Shown in pieces: positions 48,448-59,351 of a DNA stretch of 64,000 nucleotides. The DNA comes from Promethearchaeota archaeon. Its GTDB lineage: Archaea; Asgardarchaeota; Lokiarchaeia; Sigyniarchaeales; SOKP01. The notes under the pieces are model-generated. The model was not told the DNA's origin. It did not search any database and saw nothing but the letters and a program-made list of their open reading frames with translations. A program made the position numbers and the translations under genes. The stretch spans positions 1 to 64,000 of the forward strand of contig JBHLMQ010000001.1 of assembly GCA_048938005.1 (NCBI GenBank). Reading direction: 5' to 3'. Positions within the stretch are counted from its first letter, which is position 1, and every line of letters begins with the position of its first letter.

Positions 48448-51123
48448 ATGTCAAAAAAATCATTTGGCTCAGGATATTTTGGTGAATGGATTGAAGATGA
48501 ATTTGGATTGCCCGCTTACCGTTATACATGTGATCAAATTAATGATCCTAAAGCAATTACGCCCATGAATGAAGTTTGGCATTCTAAAACTAATCACTGG
48601 CATCAAGTAGGTAATGATCGATTAGTCGCTGTAGCATCTAATTATGGGTATGTCCAAGTTAGACAAGATGAAGGAGGTCCAAAATTTCTTAATGTATATG
48701 ATCCTCAATATGGCCATTATGCTGGAGGATTTGGGTATTTAACCGATGGAGAAGTTATAATTAGCACTTTTTATACTGGAAATGATTCATCATTCGAAAG
48801 GATATTTGGAGTAGGATATTATCGAAAAACAGTTGAAGATAATGGATACAAATTGGATCAAGTGATTTACGCTCCATATGGAGATGACCCAATTCTAATA
48901 TCCCAAGTTACCATTACTAATAACCGTGAAGTGGCAGTTGATCTAAGTTGGGTCGAATATTGGGGTTGTTTTATGTATCAGTTTTCATTCTTATCTTTTG
49001 GTATCGGATTGAAAGAAAAAGATCAATCAATTACTAGAAAACTCAGACGAGAGTTTAGTGAAAAATTTAAACATAAATTCAACATTATTTGTGAAGGTAA
49101 AGGACTCCTAGAATCAAAATATATTGAGTCTGATAATAAAGATAAAAGTAAAAAAACTCGAGCTAAAAAACCAGCATATGATGATAAAGACCCTCCATCG
49201 ACATTTTTAATTTCTCTTGACGATATTGTAGATGGGTTAAGCACAAATGAATTATTGTTCTTTGCTAATGGAGATTTAGAATCTCCTAAAGGAATAACAA
49301 CTGCATTTAATTCAAAAGAGACATTGTCTAATAATGGAAATGCGATGTTTATTAAACGGAAAATTCATTTAAATCCTTCTGAGAGTCAAACTTTATTCTT
49401 TGCCTTTGGATATCTTCCAGAGGGTTTTGAATTCAACTCTCTTCTGAACAAATACAAAAAAGATAAATCTGAATTATGGAGAAAATCAAGTGAATCTTGG
49501 AAAAAGAAAATTATGGTACTAAACATTCCTGAGGAGCCTTGGATAAATAGAGAACTAAAATGGCACAATTATTATTTACGTAGTGCAATGACGTATGATA
49601 GCTTCTTTCAAGAACATATTCTTTCACAAGGATTAATATATCAATATATAATGGGTTTTCAGGGTGCTATACGTGATCCTTTACAACATGTTAAGCCATT
49701 TTTATATATTCAACCAGAAATTGTGAAAGAAGTTCTCAGATACTCACTAAAAGAAGTGCGGGAGGATGGAGAAATACCATATTCTATTATAGGTTTTGGT
49801 ATGACATTCGACTGGGTAAAAGCAAGTGATTTCGAATTATGGCTTCTATGGTTAGCTAGTGAATATGTTCTCATAACTAGAGATGCGAGCTTTCTTGACG
49901 AGGAAATTTCTACTTATCCTCTTTATGGTAGAAAAGCGGGAAAATCATATGTGCGAGAATTGCTGTATCGATGTTATATACATTTTACTGAAATAACTGG
50001 AACAGGACGCCATGGAATTCAACGATTATCTGCTGGTGATTGGAATGATACAATTTTATTAGGATTAGTTCCAAATGAGAAATTAAGCGAGGTTCGAAAA
50101 AATGGAGAAAGTGTTTTAAATTCGGCTATGGCTACTTATACTCTTAGGTTTTATGCTGAGATGTTAAATTTTATTGGCGAAAACAGTGTAGCTGACCAGG
50201 TTTTGAAATATGCTACAATTCAATGTGAAGCTGTTCGTGCTCAATGGACAGGTAAATGGTTTAAACGTGCGTGGATAGCAGAAGATATAGGATGGTTTGG
50301 AGAAGATCAAATGTGGTTAGAGCCTCAACCGTGGTCAATTATAGGGAAAATAACAAATCAAGAACAGGCAAAAATATTAGTTCAAAATATAAATCAGCTA
50401 TTACGGATTCCATCAAAAATTGGCACTATGCTACATAGTAAAGGATTTGAAGGTAAAATAATAGGCATGGGAGCAAATGCAGGTATTTGGTATTCTCTTA
50501 ATGGAACTTTGATTTGGGCGTTATCCAAAGTGGATGGAAGTATGGCATGGGATGAATGGAAAAAAAATACACTTTCGATTCATGCTGAAAATTATCCAGA
50601 TATATGGTATGGAATATGGAGTGGTCCAGATACATATAATTCTGTTTTATCTAAGTATCCAGGTCATACTGTTTTTAATCCATTCTATCTTACAGGAAAT
50701 CTGAGAGATCAGTCGAAAATTCTTACATCTGTAGGTCTAAACTTAACAGATTTCCCTATTATGAATCTTCATAGCCATGCGTGGCCAATATATAATACTA
50801 TACACTTGATAGGGGTAGAATTTACTGCTGAAGGTGTAGAAATATCACCGATTTTACCCAAAAAAGAATATGATTTTTCTTCCCCAATATTAGGATTTAA
50901 AAAATCAAATGACGGATATTCTGGATGGTACGCTCCGCTTGTTGAAGGTGAATGGAAAATTGTACTGAAATTAAATAAAGAAGAAATCGTAAAAATTGCC
51001 TTCTTGGAATTAAATGGTAAAATAGAAGATTTTAATATTGAAGAGGATAAAATAATTTGGAAAGGAAGGAGTAGACCAAATAAACCTTTAAATTGGAAGT
51101 TAATTTACAATTTAAACATTTGA
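48448..51123 (+). CDS. GH94-like glycoside phosphorylase / hydrolase
   Basis: RDPLQ, LWLLWLASEY, GDWND, GESV and NAGIW in an (alpha/alpha)6-type C-terminal half. Confidence 0.78.
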   Translation: MSKKSFGSGYFGEWIEDEFGLPAYRYTCDQINDPKAITPMNEVWHSKTNHWHQVGNDRLVAVASNYGYVQVRQDEGGPKFLNVYDPQYGHYAGGFGYLTDGEVIISTFYTGNDSSFERIFGVGYYRKTVEDNGYKLDQVIYAPYGDDPILISQVTITNNREVAVDLSWVEYWGCFMYQFSFLSFGIGLKEKDQSITRKLRREFSEKFKHKFNIICEGKGLLESKYIESDNKDKSKKTRAKKPAYDDKDPPSTFLISLDDIVDGLSTNELLFFANGDLESPKGITTAFNSKETLSNNGNAMFIKRKIHLNPSESQTLFFAFGYLPEGFEFNSLLNKYKKDKSELWRKSSESWKKKIMVLNIPEEPWINRELKWHNYYLRSAMTYDSFFQEHILSQGLIYQYIMGFQGAIRDPLQHVKPFLYIQPEIVKEVLRYSLKEVREDGEIPYSIIGFGMTFDWVKASDFELWLLWLASEYVLITRDASFLDEEISTYPLYGRKAGKSYVRELLYRCYIHFTEITGTGRHGIQRLSAGDWNDTILLGLVPNEKLSEVRKNGESVLNSAMATYTLRFYAEMLNFIGENSVADQVLKYATIQCEAVRAQWTGKWFKRAWIAEDIGWFGEDQMWLEPQPWSIIGKITNQEQAKILVQNINQLLRIPSKIGTMLHSKGFEGKIIGMGANAGIWYSLNGTLIWALSKVDGSMAWDEWKKNTLSIHAENYPDIWYGIWSGPDTYNSVLSKYPGHTVFNPFYLTGNLRDQSKILTSVGLNLTDFPIMNLHSHAWPIYNTIHLIGVEFTAEGVEISPILPKKEYDFSSPILGFKKSNDGYSGWYAPLVEGEWKIVLKLNKEEIVKIAFLELNGKIEDFNIEEDKIIWKGRSRPNKPLNWKLIYNLNI

Positions 51124-51134
51124 GGTAAAAATAA

Positions 51135-51278
51135 ATGAAAAAAATTGAATTTCCTAGTGGTTTTATTCGGGATTGTGCTACGTCCAGTTATCAAATAGAA
51201 GGAGCATGGCAAGAGGTTGGAAAAGGTGAAAGTATTTGGGATGATGTCTATCACAATACTAAAATAATTAAAAAATAG
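51135..51278 (+). pseudogene. Truncated GH1 beta-glucosidase remnant
   Basis: [40 protein letters not shown] matches the GH1 N-terminal signature (WG degenerated to RD); stop after 47 aa. Confidence 0.85.
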
Positions 51279-51313
51279 GGATCTTTATTTTATATTCATG
51301 GTTTTTTAAGCTG

Positions 51314-52519
51314 TCATCTCATACAACAATTTTTGAATTTCTTTCCACTCCCGCAAGGGCATGGTGAATTACGACCAATTTTATTCGATTTAATTTGATT
51401 TGTTGATGTAATTTCTTTTCCACTTCTTACCTTATCTGCTAAAATTTTAAATCGCGGTAGTGCGTGTGTAAAAAACTTTTTCCAGCCTTTACATAAAACA
51501 CTTAACATTTTTGAGTTTTTAAAACTTCCAATACGGAATTTTTGGCAATCTCCATGGCATAGATTAATGAAATGACACGAGTCACAGTTCTTATGCCATT
51601 TAGATTTTTTTTGGCCAAATCTAAGATAAATTGGGGATTTAAGAATATCTTCCCATTTATCTACAAGTACATTTCCTAATAATAGATCCTCCCGAACAAA
51701 AAAATCACAAGGATAAATACTTCCATCATATTCAATTACAAAATATTGGCAGCAATCTTTTCCCATATGACATACGTTATAACCTCCATATATTAAGTAC
51801 TCTAAAATTGAATCAAAAAGGCGTATAGAAATTCGATTTATGTCTTCTTTTATCCATTGATCAAATATGTCGCAGAGAAAATCTCCCCATTCTTCTCCCG
51901 TTATTGAAAAGGACTTCGGATTATTATTATCATCAATTTCAACACATGGGATATATTGGTGATAATTAAAACCTTGATCTCGTAAATAAGAGTATATTTC
52001 ATTCGCCTTCTTTACATTTTCATTGTTTACTAGAATTAAAATATTGAATTCAACTTTATTATTTTTTAAATGCTCAATGCCATGCATAACTAAATTATGA
52101 GTTGGTTTTTGGCCTATAGTTTTCCTATAATGATCATGTAGATATCCTGGTCCATCAAGACTTACTCCAAGGAGGAACTTGTATTCTGCAAAAAATCTTG
52201 CTAAATCATCTGTAATAAGAGTACCATTTGTTTGTAGCCCATTACTTATGACTGCTCCGGAGGGAGCATATTGTTTTTGAAGGTTTACCACCTTTTCCCA
52301 AAATTTCAAACCTAGCAATGTAGGTTCTCCTCCCTGCCAGCCAAAAGCATATCTATTACTTTGGTTTGTTTTCATATAGCTAGATATCATTGTTTCTAAA
52401 ACCCTATCTGACATTCTAGGTTTATTCTCTACTTTTTCTAGATGATTAATATAAAAGCAGTAATCACATCTAAGATTACAATCTGCTGAAACAGGTTTTA
52501 TTAATAATGAGAAAGTCAT
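51314..52519 (-). CDS. Anaerobic sulfatase maturase (radical SAM/SPASM) with SEC-C motif
   Basis: KPVSADCNLRCDYCFY, WQGGEP, YPCD; C-terminal GRNSPCPCGSGKKFKNCC. Confidence 0.93.
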   Translation of the reverse strand: MTFSLLIKPVSADCNLRCDYCFYINHLEKVENKPRMSDRVLETMISSYMKTNQSNRYAFGWQGGEPTLLGLKFWEKVVNLQKQYAPSGAVISNGLQTNGTLITDDLARFFAEYKFLLGVSLDGPGYLHDHYRKTIGQKPTHNLVMHGIEHLKNNKVEFNILILVNNENVKKANEIYSYLRDQGFNYHQYIPCVEIDDNNNPKSFSITGEEWGDFLCDIFDQWIKEDINRISIRLFDSILEYLIYGGYNVCHMGKDCCQYFVIEYDGSIYPCDFFVREDLLLGNVLVDKWEDILKSPIYLRFGQKKSKWHKNCDSCHFINLCHGDCQKFRIGSFKNSKMLSVLCKGWKKFFTHALPRFKILADKVRSGKEITSTNQIKSNKIGRNSPCPCGSGKKFKNCCMR

Positions 52520-52568
52520 TTAAAAACTATGATTTTTAGTAAAACAATTGATAAAAAGTTTTTTTGTG

Positions 52569-54344
52569 TTATTTGGCTTTTTTTTTAACTAGTCCAATCA
52601 TCATTTTAAAATATTCCTTTAAATTTTTTGGAATATATTTGTTTAAGAAGTTTACTAAAAGATCCTCATCAATCTCTCGAAAGTTATCATTATTAATGTG
52701 TTTCTCAAATTCTAAAATCATTTGTTTTTGGATGGGTTTAGGAAGAAATCCTAAAATAAGGTAATACATACTTTTTCCTTTATTTATCCAAGTTATTTCA
52801 GTATCACCAATTTTTTCTTTAAAACCTTCCCTATTATCAATTAGATTTAAATGCTTATCTAAAATATCATTATCAAAAGGAATCCCAAGACGTTCATAAT
52901 GCTCAATTGGGGCATCATTCTTCTTCATTTCTTCAATCATTAATTTGATCATTCTCCTTTCAATCTGGGAATCTATAATAGGATTTTCCTGTTTTGGATC
53001 ATTTTGAAGATCAAATAGATAACTACCATATATATAGGGATTTATTGCCCTATATCTTGAGCTAAATCGCATAACTTTGCATCCTTTTGTGAAATCAAAG
53101 GATTTGGCTAGATCCATAGTTTTTATCTCATTAATAGAAAAGAAATCACGCATATGTGTTGGTATAAGGGTATAATTATAAAGTGGTTTATTCATGGGAT
53201 TTGTAGGACCTCTCATATATACAAATCTTCCATCTGTTATATTTACATGTGCACCATGAGTTCCAAAAAGAGCTGCCTCCCTTACTCTAACATCTGAATT
53301 AATTGTATCTTTTAAAACTTTACCCTGTATATCTTTTGGTCTTTTAATATTAAAAAATTCAAGTATAGTTGGTGCCAAATCTATTGTTTGTACAAGAGCA
53401 CTTCTTCTTTCATTATTCTTACCTAATCTTGGGTCCCAGATAAATAATGGAATTTGAGCAATTTCGTTATAAACTGGTGGTACTGTTTTAGCCCACCAAT
53501 CTTTTTCACCCAATAAAAAACCATGATCAGTGGTAACGATTAGCATCGTATCTTTCCACATATCTTTCTCGTCCATTAAGTTAATGATCTTTCCAAGATA
53601 ATGATCACACATGCTCACTGATGCAGCATATTCTTTTCGCATATGTTCCACTTGTTCTTCAGATTCTACTACTATATTATAATTTGGCCAATCGAAATGT
53701 GGTCCATTATAATCGTGTTTATATAAATCCTTATATTTCTTAGGAGTAAAGAAAGGTTCATGGGGATCAAACGTTTCAATATGTAAAAACCAGTTATTTT
53801 CTGTATGATTCTTTTCAATAAAATCTATAGCTTTTTTAAATGTTTTTGCTTGGGGCATATCCTCTTCATTTTTCATATATTTTCGATTTACCCAATCCTG
53901 ACGCCAACGAGGCCAGTTCTCTCGCATGTTATAAACATGTTCTGGAATTTCGGGATCTTTTACTTCACCTTTCCATGGATCTCCTTCATGTCCACGAACA
54001 ATTTCCCAAGTATTATATTGCGTATGATAGGTAGCACCTCCAACTTCCCAATAATGATAATGATCACTTACCAAATGTGTATAAATTCTTTTTTCTTTGA
54101 GGATTTTTTGCATTGAATCGTCAAAAGGCTCTAATGGCCCCCAACTTCTATGCAAAAAGTTATATCTTCCTGTATGAAGTTCTCTTCTAGCTGGTATACA
54201 CATTAGACTTCCAGAAAAATGATTATCAAATATTACTGTTTTTTCTGCTAATCTGTTAAAATTTGGAGTTTGAACCCATTTACAGCCATAGGGTTCAAGA
54301 AAATCCTTTCTTAATGTATCAAAAAAAATGAGTATTACTTTCAT
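52569..54344 (-). CDS. Cys-type sulfatase
   Basis: FDTLR, CIPARRELHTGR (CxPxR), DPHEP and TDHG. Confidence 0.92.
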   Translation of the reverse strand: MKVILIFFDTLRKDFLEPYGCKWVQTPNFNRLAEKTVIFDNHFSGSLMCIPARRELHTGRYNFLHRSWGPLEPFDDSMQKILKEKRIYTHLVSDHYHYWEVGGATYHTQYNTWEIVRGHEGDPWKGEVKDPEIPEHVYNMRENWPRWRQDWVNRKYMKNEEDMPQAKTFKKAIDFIEKNHTENNWFLHIETFDPHEPFFTPKKYKDLYKHDYNGPHFDWPNYNIVVESEEQVEHMRKEYAASVSMCDHYLGKIINLMDEKDMWKDTMLIVTTDHGFLLGEKDWWAKTVPPVYNEIAQIPLFIWDPRLGKNNERRSALVQTIDLAPTILEFFNIKRPKDIQGKVLKDTINSDVRVREAALFGTHGAHVNITDGRFVYMRGPTNPMNKPLYNYTLIPTHMRDFFSINEIKTMDLAKSFDFTKGCKVMRFSSRYRAINPYIYGSYLFDLQNDPKQENPIIDSQIERRMIKLMIEEMKKNDAPIEHYERLGIPFDNDILDKHLNLIDNREGFKEKIGDTEITWINKGKSMYYLILGFLPKPIQKQMILEFEKHINNDNFREIDEDLLVNFLNKYIPKNLKEYFKMMIGLVKKKAK

Positions 54345-54489
54345 TGTTTACTCCTAAAAATTATTGCTTTTAGCAATAGTATAATTATTTAAGATGTATT
54401 TTTTAATAATATGTAGAAAATTTTATAAAGATTTATAATTTTGAGTCAATTTAATAGAGTAATAGATACGATTTGTTAATTTTGGAATT

Positions 54490-55755
54490 ATGCTTAGGGT
54501 TGGAATAATAGGTTGTGGCGACATCGCAAGCTTAAATATTCTAGGTTATCTCCATTCACAAGATGCGGAAATTGTAGCCGTATCTGATACTGATATTAAA
54601 AAAGCTGGAGATAAATTAGACCAATGGGGCTTGAGAACTTTATAGGTTTATCTAGATTATCATCAAATGGTTGATCGTGAAGATTTAGATATAGTTGAAA
54701 TTCTAACTCCACATCATCTTCATGGACCAATGACGGAATATTGTGCTAAAGCTGGAGTCCCAGGTATTTCGGTTCAGAAGCCGATGGCACACACAATAAC
54801 AGATTGTGAAAGGATGATAAGGGTTTGTGAAGAAGAGAAAGTGAAATTAAAAGTATACGAGAACTTTCGATTCTCTCCCATATACTTAAAAGCTAAGGAA
54901 ATATTGGATAATGGAATTATAGGAGAATTTTTAAATTTTCGAATTAATTCAATAAATGCTGGGGGTCCCAGTATGCCAAGAGATCTTAAATCGATTGGAT
55001 GGCGTCAAAGTTTTGATATAAGTGGAGGAGGTCCATGGGTTTATGATGATGGAATTCATAAATTTTCTATGGCGCTTTGGTTAATGGGTCAAAAACAAGT
55101 TGAAAAAGTATATAGCTGGATTGATTATTTTTCAACAGTTTATGATGGACCAAGTTATGTATTTTGGAAATATCCAAGCAGATATTCTAATGAACCTCCT
55201 AAATATGGAATAATGGAAATCACACTAGCTCCAAATCTCTATTACCCTAGCAACTATTATGTGTGTGATGAATTTATTGAAATATCTGGTACAAAAGGAC
55301 TAATGTGGATAAATCAATGTACATGTGCTGGTAATTTTGTATCAAAAAGTCCCCAGTTCCCTCCAATTGTAGTGTATAGCAAAGGAGAAATAAACGCATA
55401 TGGAAATACCCTACCAAGAGATTGGAGATATTCCTTTATAAGATCAACAGAACATTTCATAGAAGTTATGAAGAGTGGAGGAGAACCTATTTATACTGGG
55501 GAACAAGGAAAAAATTTATCGATCTTTGCTAAAATGACGCATATCTCAGATCAGCAAAAAAGAACTGTCTTTTGGGAAGAAATTACTTCTGAGAATGAGG
55601 AAAATCGATCCTGTTTTGTTGAATCACCTAAAGACATCAATAGTGCTGGATTACATAAATTTTTCGCAAGAAAAAGAAAGGATTTAAGAAAGGGTGTTAA
55701 ACAAGGATTGATTCATAAAGAGTTGAAATATGACAAAGATTTACTAATAGATTAA
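54490..55755 (+). pseudogene. Gfo/Idh/MocA oxidoreductase interrupted by an in-frame TAG (pseudogene, readthrough or sequence error)
   Basis: ATG at 54490 gives MLRVGIIGCG (Rossmann fold) in frame with the listed ORF; single TAG at 54643-54645. Confidence 0.75.
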
Positions 55756-56867
55756 TTTATATCATCAAGAAAGATATCTCTTCCTTCTTCAACAGATTTA
55801 ATAGCAGCTAGATTAAATTTTAAAATATATCTTGCTTGATCGCCTGAAAATAGAGGTTCATCATTATTTTTTATAGCATCTATAAGAGAATTGGTTGCAT
55901 TAATAAAACTGAATTTCCAATCTTTTTCGAAATCTGTGTAGGTTTCTACTTTGCCATCTCTTATAATTACAATAGGAGGAAAAATTTCAGATTCTGATAT
56001 CTTGTTTCCTATAGATGTACCGTGGTTTATCTTCATTATCCCGCGACTGGCTATAATTTCAATAAATTCATCAACAGGATAATATTTTGAGTCCGAGAAA
56101 TCCATTTCTGGTAGCAATGCAAATTCCATATTACCATATTGTGGAACGACATGCTCTTTACTTTGTTTATATTTAAACATTACATATGCAGGCGCATCTA
56201 GACCTTGATATTTATCTGTCCATGCGAATACTTTTTCAATTTCTTCATTGAAGAACCACCAGGCTAAAGAAAAAGCATGCCATCCGTTATCAAAAAGAAC
56301 GGGGGAACCGTTATGCCCACCACCAATTTTTTTAGGATCTTTTCTCCAAAGTTCTGCGCTTTCGGGAATTTTCCAGCCACCTTTAGTGCCTATAGCAGTC
56401 TTAATCCGAATTGATGATGCATCACCGATGTAATCTTTATCTAATAATTCTTTTGCTTTAATAATATGGGGCGCAAAAATAAAATTCTCATATATCGAAA
56501 GAATTGATCCCGATTTTTTACATGTATCAATCATCTTATCAGCTTCTTCTAAAGTTAATGCCATAGGTTTTTGGACAGAGATTCCTTTTATTCCTTTTTG
56601 AGCAGCATAAATAGTGGCATCAGCATGAAGATGATGGGGTAAAAGTATCTCTACAAGGTCTAAATCTTCCTTTTCTAACATCTCCTTATAATCAGCATAT
56701 ATTGGTATATTCTTATCGAGATTAAATTTTTCAATTTTTTTTTTCGCTTTTTCAATAGTTCTATTGCATAAACAAGTGATTTGAACATCATTTCGATTAA
56801 GATATCCTAATATATTTAGGTCAAAAATAACACCCGTGCCAATGATCCCTACTTTTAGTTTTTCCAT
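55752..56867 (-). CDS. Gfo/Idh/MocA oxidoreductase
   Basis: KVGIIGTG, LPHHLH, VQKPMA and DNGWH; paralog of the convergent gene. Confidence 0.9.
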   Translation of the reverse strand: MEKLKVGIIGTGVIFDLNILGYLNRNDVQITCLCNRTIEKAKKKIEKFNLDKNIPIYADYKEMLEKEDLDLVEILLPHHLHADATIYAAQKGIKGISVQKPMALTLEEADKMIDTCKKSGSILSIYENFIFAPHIIKAKELLDKDYIGDASSIRIKTAIGTKGGWKIPESAELWRKDPKKIGGGHNGSPVLFDNGWHAFSLAWWFFNEEIEKVFAWTDKYQGLDAPAYVMFKYKQSKEHVVPQYGNMEFALLPEMDFSDSKYYPVDEFIEIIASRGIMKINHGTSIGNKISESEIFPPIVIIRDGKVETYTDFEKDWKFSFINATNSLIDAIKNNDEPLFSGDQARYILKFNLAAIKSVEEGRDIFLDDIN

Positions 56868-56943
56868 ACTAAGTTCTTAAAATTTTTCCTTGAATTAAAA
56901 TTTAATATTGTTATAATGATAATTATATTCTCATAAATCAAAT

Positions 56944-57867
56944 TCATGAAATAAAATAAAATGTTAAAGAGATTATCCCTAATATAAATATAACTACTCC
57001 TACTGCTCTTCCCATTGTTTTAGCAGACAATCTTTGTACGTACAATGATGCTATTATTCCTGTTATTATTGATCCTATTGCTAAATAAAATGATATTTCT
57101 AAATTAAAAAAAAATTGTCCTTTAATTGCAATTCCTAAAAATTGATAAATTAAAAATGTACTTAAACACATTAGAATGCTTAATATTAAAGCTGTACCAA
57201 CTCCTTTTTTAATTGGATACCCATAAATTATAACTAATGCTAGTACAAATATGAAACCTGAATTTGCACCAAATAAACCAGAATTTAGCCCTATTATAAT
57301 TCCAAAAATAAGTGCTAAAACATAAAATAACCGTGAACCACTAGGGATAAAACCTTGAATATCTTCTCCTTTTGTATCAAATTCTGCATCGACTTGGTTT
57401 TCTTTTTTATCAAGTTTTTCATTTCTATTATCTTTTTTTAAAAATTTCTGAGCTATATTACGTATAGTTTTTTTCAATGTTTCTGTTGTAGGAAAACCAC
57501 GATAAAGAAAAAAGAAACCTAAGATTATAATAAATAGAGGTAAAAACCATCCATATATATTACCTAGTGGCGATGTCAATAAAATGAAAACCCCTAAAAG
57601 TGATATTAACATAGCTATTATTATAATAATTAAAATATCTGTCCTAATTTTAAATTGTCTCTTTCTTATATATCCAATGGTTACAAAAGCCGAAGTAATT
57701 AAATCATTTAACAAATTTATAGCGATTGCTAAAAACCCATTGCCTGTGAATAGAAGTACAACAGGGAGTACAACACCTTGACCTGTCTGACCAACAAAAC
57801 TGATACTTATTCCTACAAGAGCTCCAATCAATATTAAAGTGATAATCTGATAAATTTCTAAACTCAT
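56944..57867 (-). CDS. TauE/SafE family (sulfite exporter-like) membrane protein
   Basis: Two G-rich repeats (GISISFVGQTG; SGLFGANSG..KKGVGT); ATG at 57867 preferred over TTG at 57948. Confidence 0.8.
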   Translation of the reverse strand: MSLEIYQIITLILIGALVGISISFVGQTGQGVVLPVVLLFTGNGFLAIAINLLNDLITSAFVTIGYIRKRQFKIRTDILIIIIIAMLISLLGVFILLTSPLGNIYGWFLPLFIIILGFFFLYRGFPTTETLKKTIRNIAQKFLKKDNRNEKLDKKENQVDAEFDTKGEDIQGFIPSGSRLFYVLALIFGIIIGLNSGLFGANSGFIFVLALVIIYGYPIKKGVGTALILSILMCLSTFLIYQFLGIAIKGQFFFNLEISFYLAIGSIITGIIASLYVQRLSAKTMGRAVGVVIFILGIISLTFYFIS

Positions 57868-58017
57868 AGAGAACCGATTTCGGATAAATTTTTGAAATGT
57901 GATTTTATATTCATTAGGTAAACATTTATAGTTATTCTTTTTAACCAATAGATAGTTTTATATCTTTTTAGAACAAATGTCATTTAAAAAATAATTAATA
58001 AATAAACATCAATAAAA

Positions 58018-59301
58018 ATGGATTTAGAAATTTCAAAAGAAGATGCAGATTATATGTATGATTTAGTAGAGAAAATTATTGAAGAGGTAGGCCCACGTAT
58101 GCCTTGTAGTCTGCAAGAAGCTGAAGGGGCAAAAAGAATTAAAACTGAACTTGAACAAACATGTGATGAAGTAGTTGTAGAACCATTTACATGTCATCCA
58201 AAAGCATTTCTAGGATGGATTAAGATAATAATAATTATGACCTTCATTTCTATGATCTGCTATCTATTCATGCAATGGGTATCTGATATTTTATTAATAG
58301 GTTTTAGTTTAATCTCTTTTTTATTAACATTTCTATCATTTTTAATAATGTGGGAAGAATTTTTCAATTATAATGAGTTTATCGATCCCTTATTTCGTAA
58401 AAAAAGTTCTCAAAATGTAATTGGTAAGTTTAGATCAAATGAAAAACAAGAAAGAATAATAATTTTTTCAAGTCATATTGATTCGGCTCTACAATTTAAT
58501 TTACTCAAACTTTTGAGATGGGGTTTTATTCCCCTTGCATTGCTAGGAATATTAATAATTTTAACCTGGTTAGTCTTATCATTTATCAACTTGATAATAA
58601 TAATAATTGGATTCATTTCTTTTAAGGGGATATTTTTCTGGACTACAATTTGGATGTTAATAATTGGAACTCCTTGTTTTATTGGATTGTATTTCTTTGT
58701 ACCACTTGGAGATAAAGGAAATGTTGTTCCTGGAGCGGTTGATAATCTGAGTAGCTGTTCAGTTATAGTAGGACTAGGAAGATATATAAAAAAGCATAAA
58801 GAAATAATGCCTGAAAATACTGAAATTAGGTTAATTAGTTTTGGTTGCGAAGAGAGTGGATTACGTGGGTCACGACGTTATTGTTCTGCCCATTTAGAAG
58901 AATTAAAAAGATTTGATGCTGTTGTTGTTAATATGGATGGATTAGAAACTTCAGATGCATTTCTTATTATAGAATATGAGCCTACAACTCGAACAAGACA
59001 TTCGGAAGAGATAATTCAAAAACTACTAAAAGCCGTAGAATTAGTAGGTATTAAAGCTAAACGATTTGGTGCAGGAAAATTAGAAAAAACTATTGGCAGA
59101 TTAAGTGGGGGATCTGATGCTGCTCCGTTTTCAAAAGCAAATATTAAGGCTGCATTTTTAAATTCAGCTGATTGGAAACATCGTTCAAGTTATTATCATC
59201 AAGATACCGATACTCCCGATAAAATAAAAGATGGAACTTTAGAAAATGCCTTAAAAATTTGTATCGCTTTCCTATTAAATGAGAAAAAGAATTCAGTATG
59301 A
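58018..59301 (+). CDS. Membrane-embedded M28 family metallopeptidase
   Basis: SHIDS, GAVDN, GCEESGLRGS, NMD, SDA and YH...D; TM insertions. Confidence 0.85.
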   Translation: MDLEISKEDADYMYDLVEKIIEEVGPRMPCSLQEAEGAKRIKTELEQTCDEVVVEPFTCHPKAFLGWIKIIIIMTFISMICYLFMQWVSDILLIGFSLISFLLTFLSFLIMWEEFFNYNEFIDPLFRKKSSQNVIGKFRSNEKQERIIIFSSHIDSALQFNLLKLLRWGFIPLALLGILIILTWLVLSFINLIIIIIGFISFKGIFFWTTIWMLIIGTPCFIGLYFFVPLGDKGNVVPGAVDNLSSCSVIVGLGRYIKKHKEIMPENTEIRLISFGCEESGLRGSRRYCSAHLEELKRFDAVVVNMDGLETSDAFLIIEYEPTTRTRHSEEIIQKLLKAVELVGIKAKRFGAGKLEKTIGRLSGGSDAAPFSKANIKAAFLNSADWKHRSSYYHQDTDTPDKIKDGTLENALKICIAFLLNEKKNSV

Positions 59302-59351
59302 AAATTTAAATTTTATTAGAATGTAATTTATCTAATTTAGAAGAAATAATT

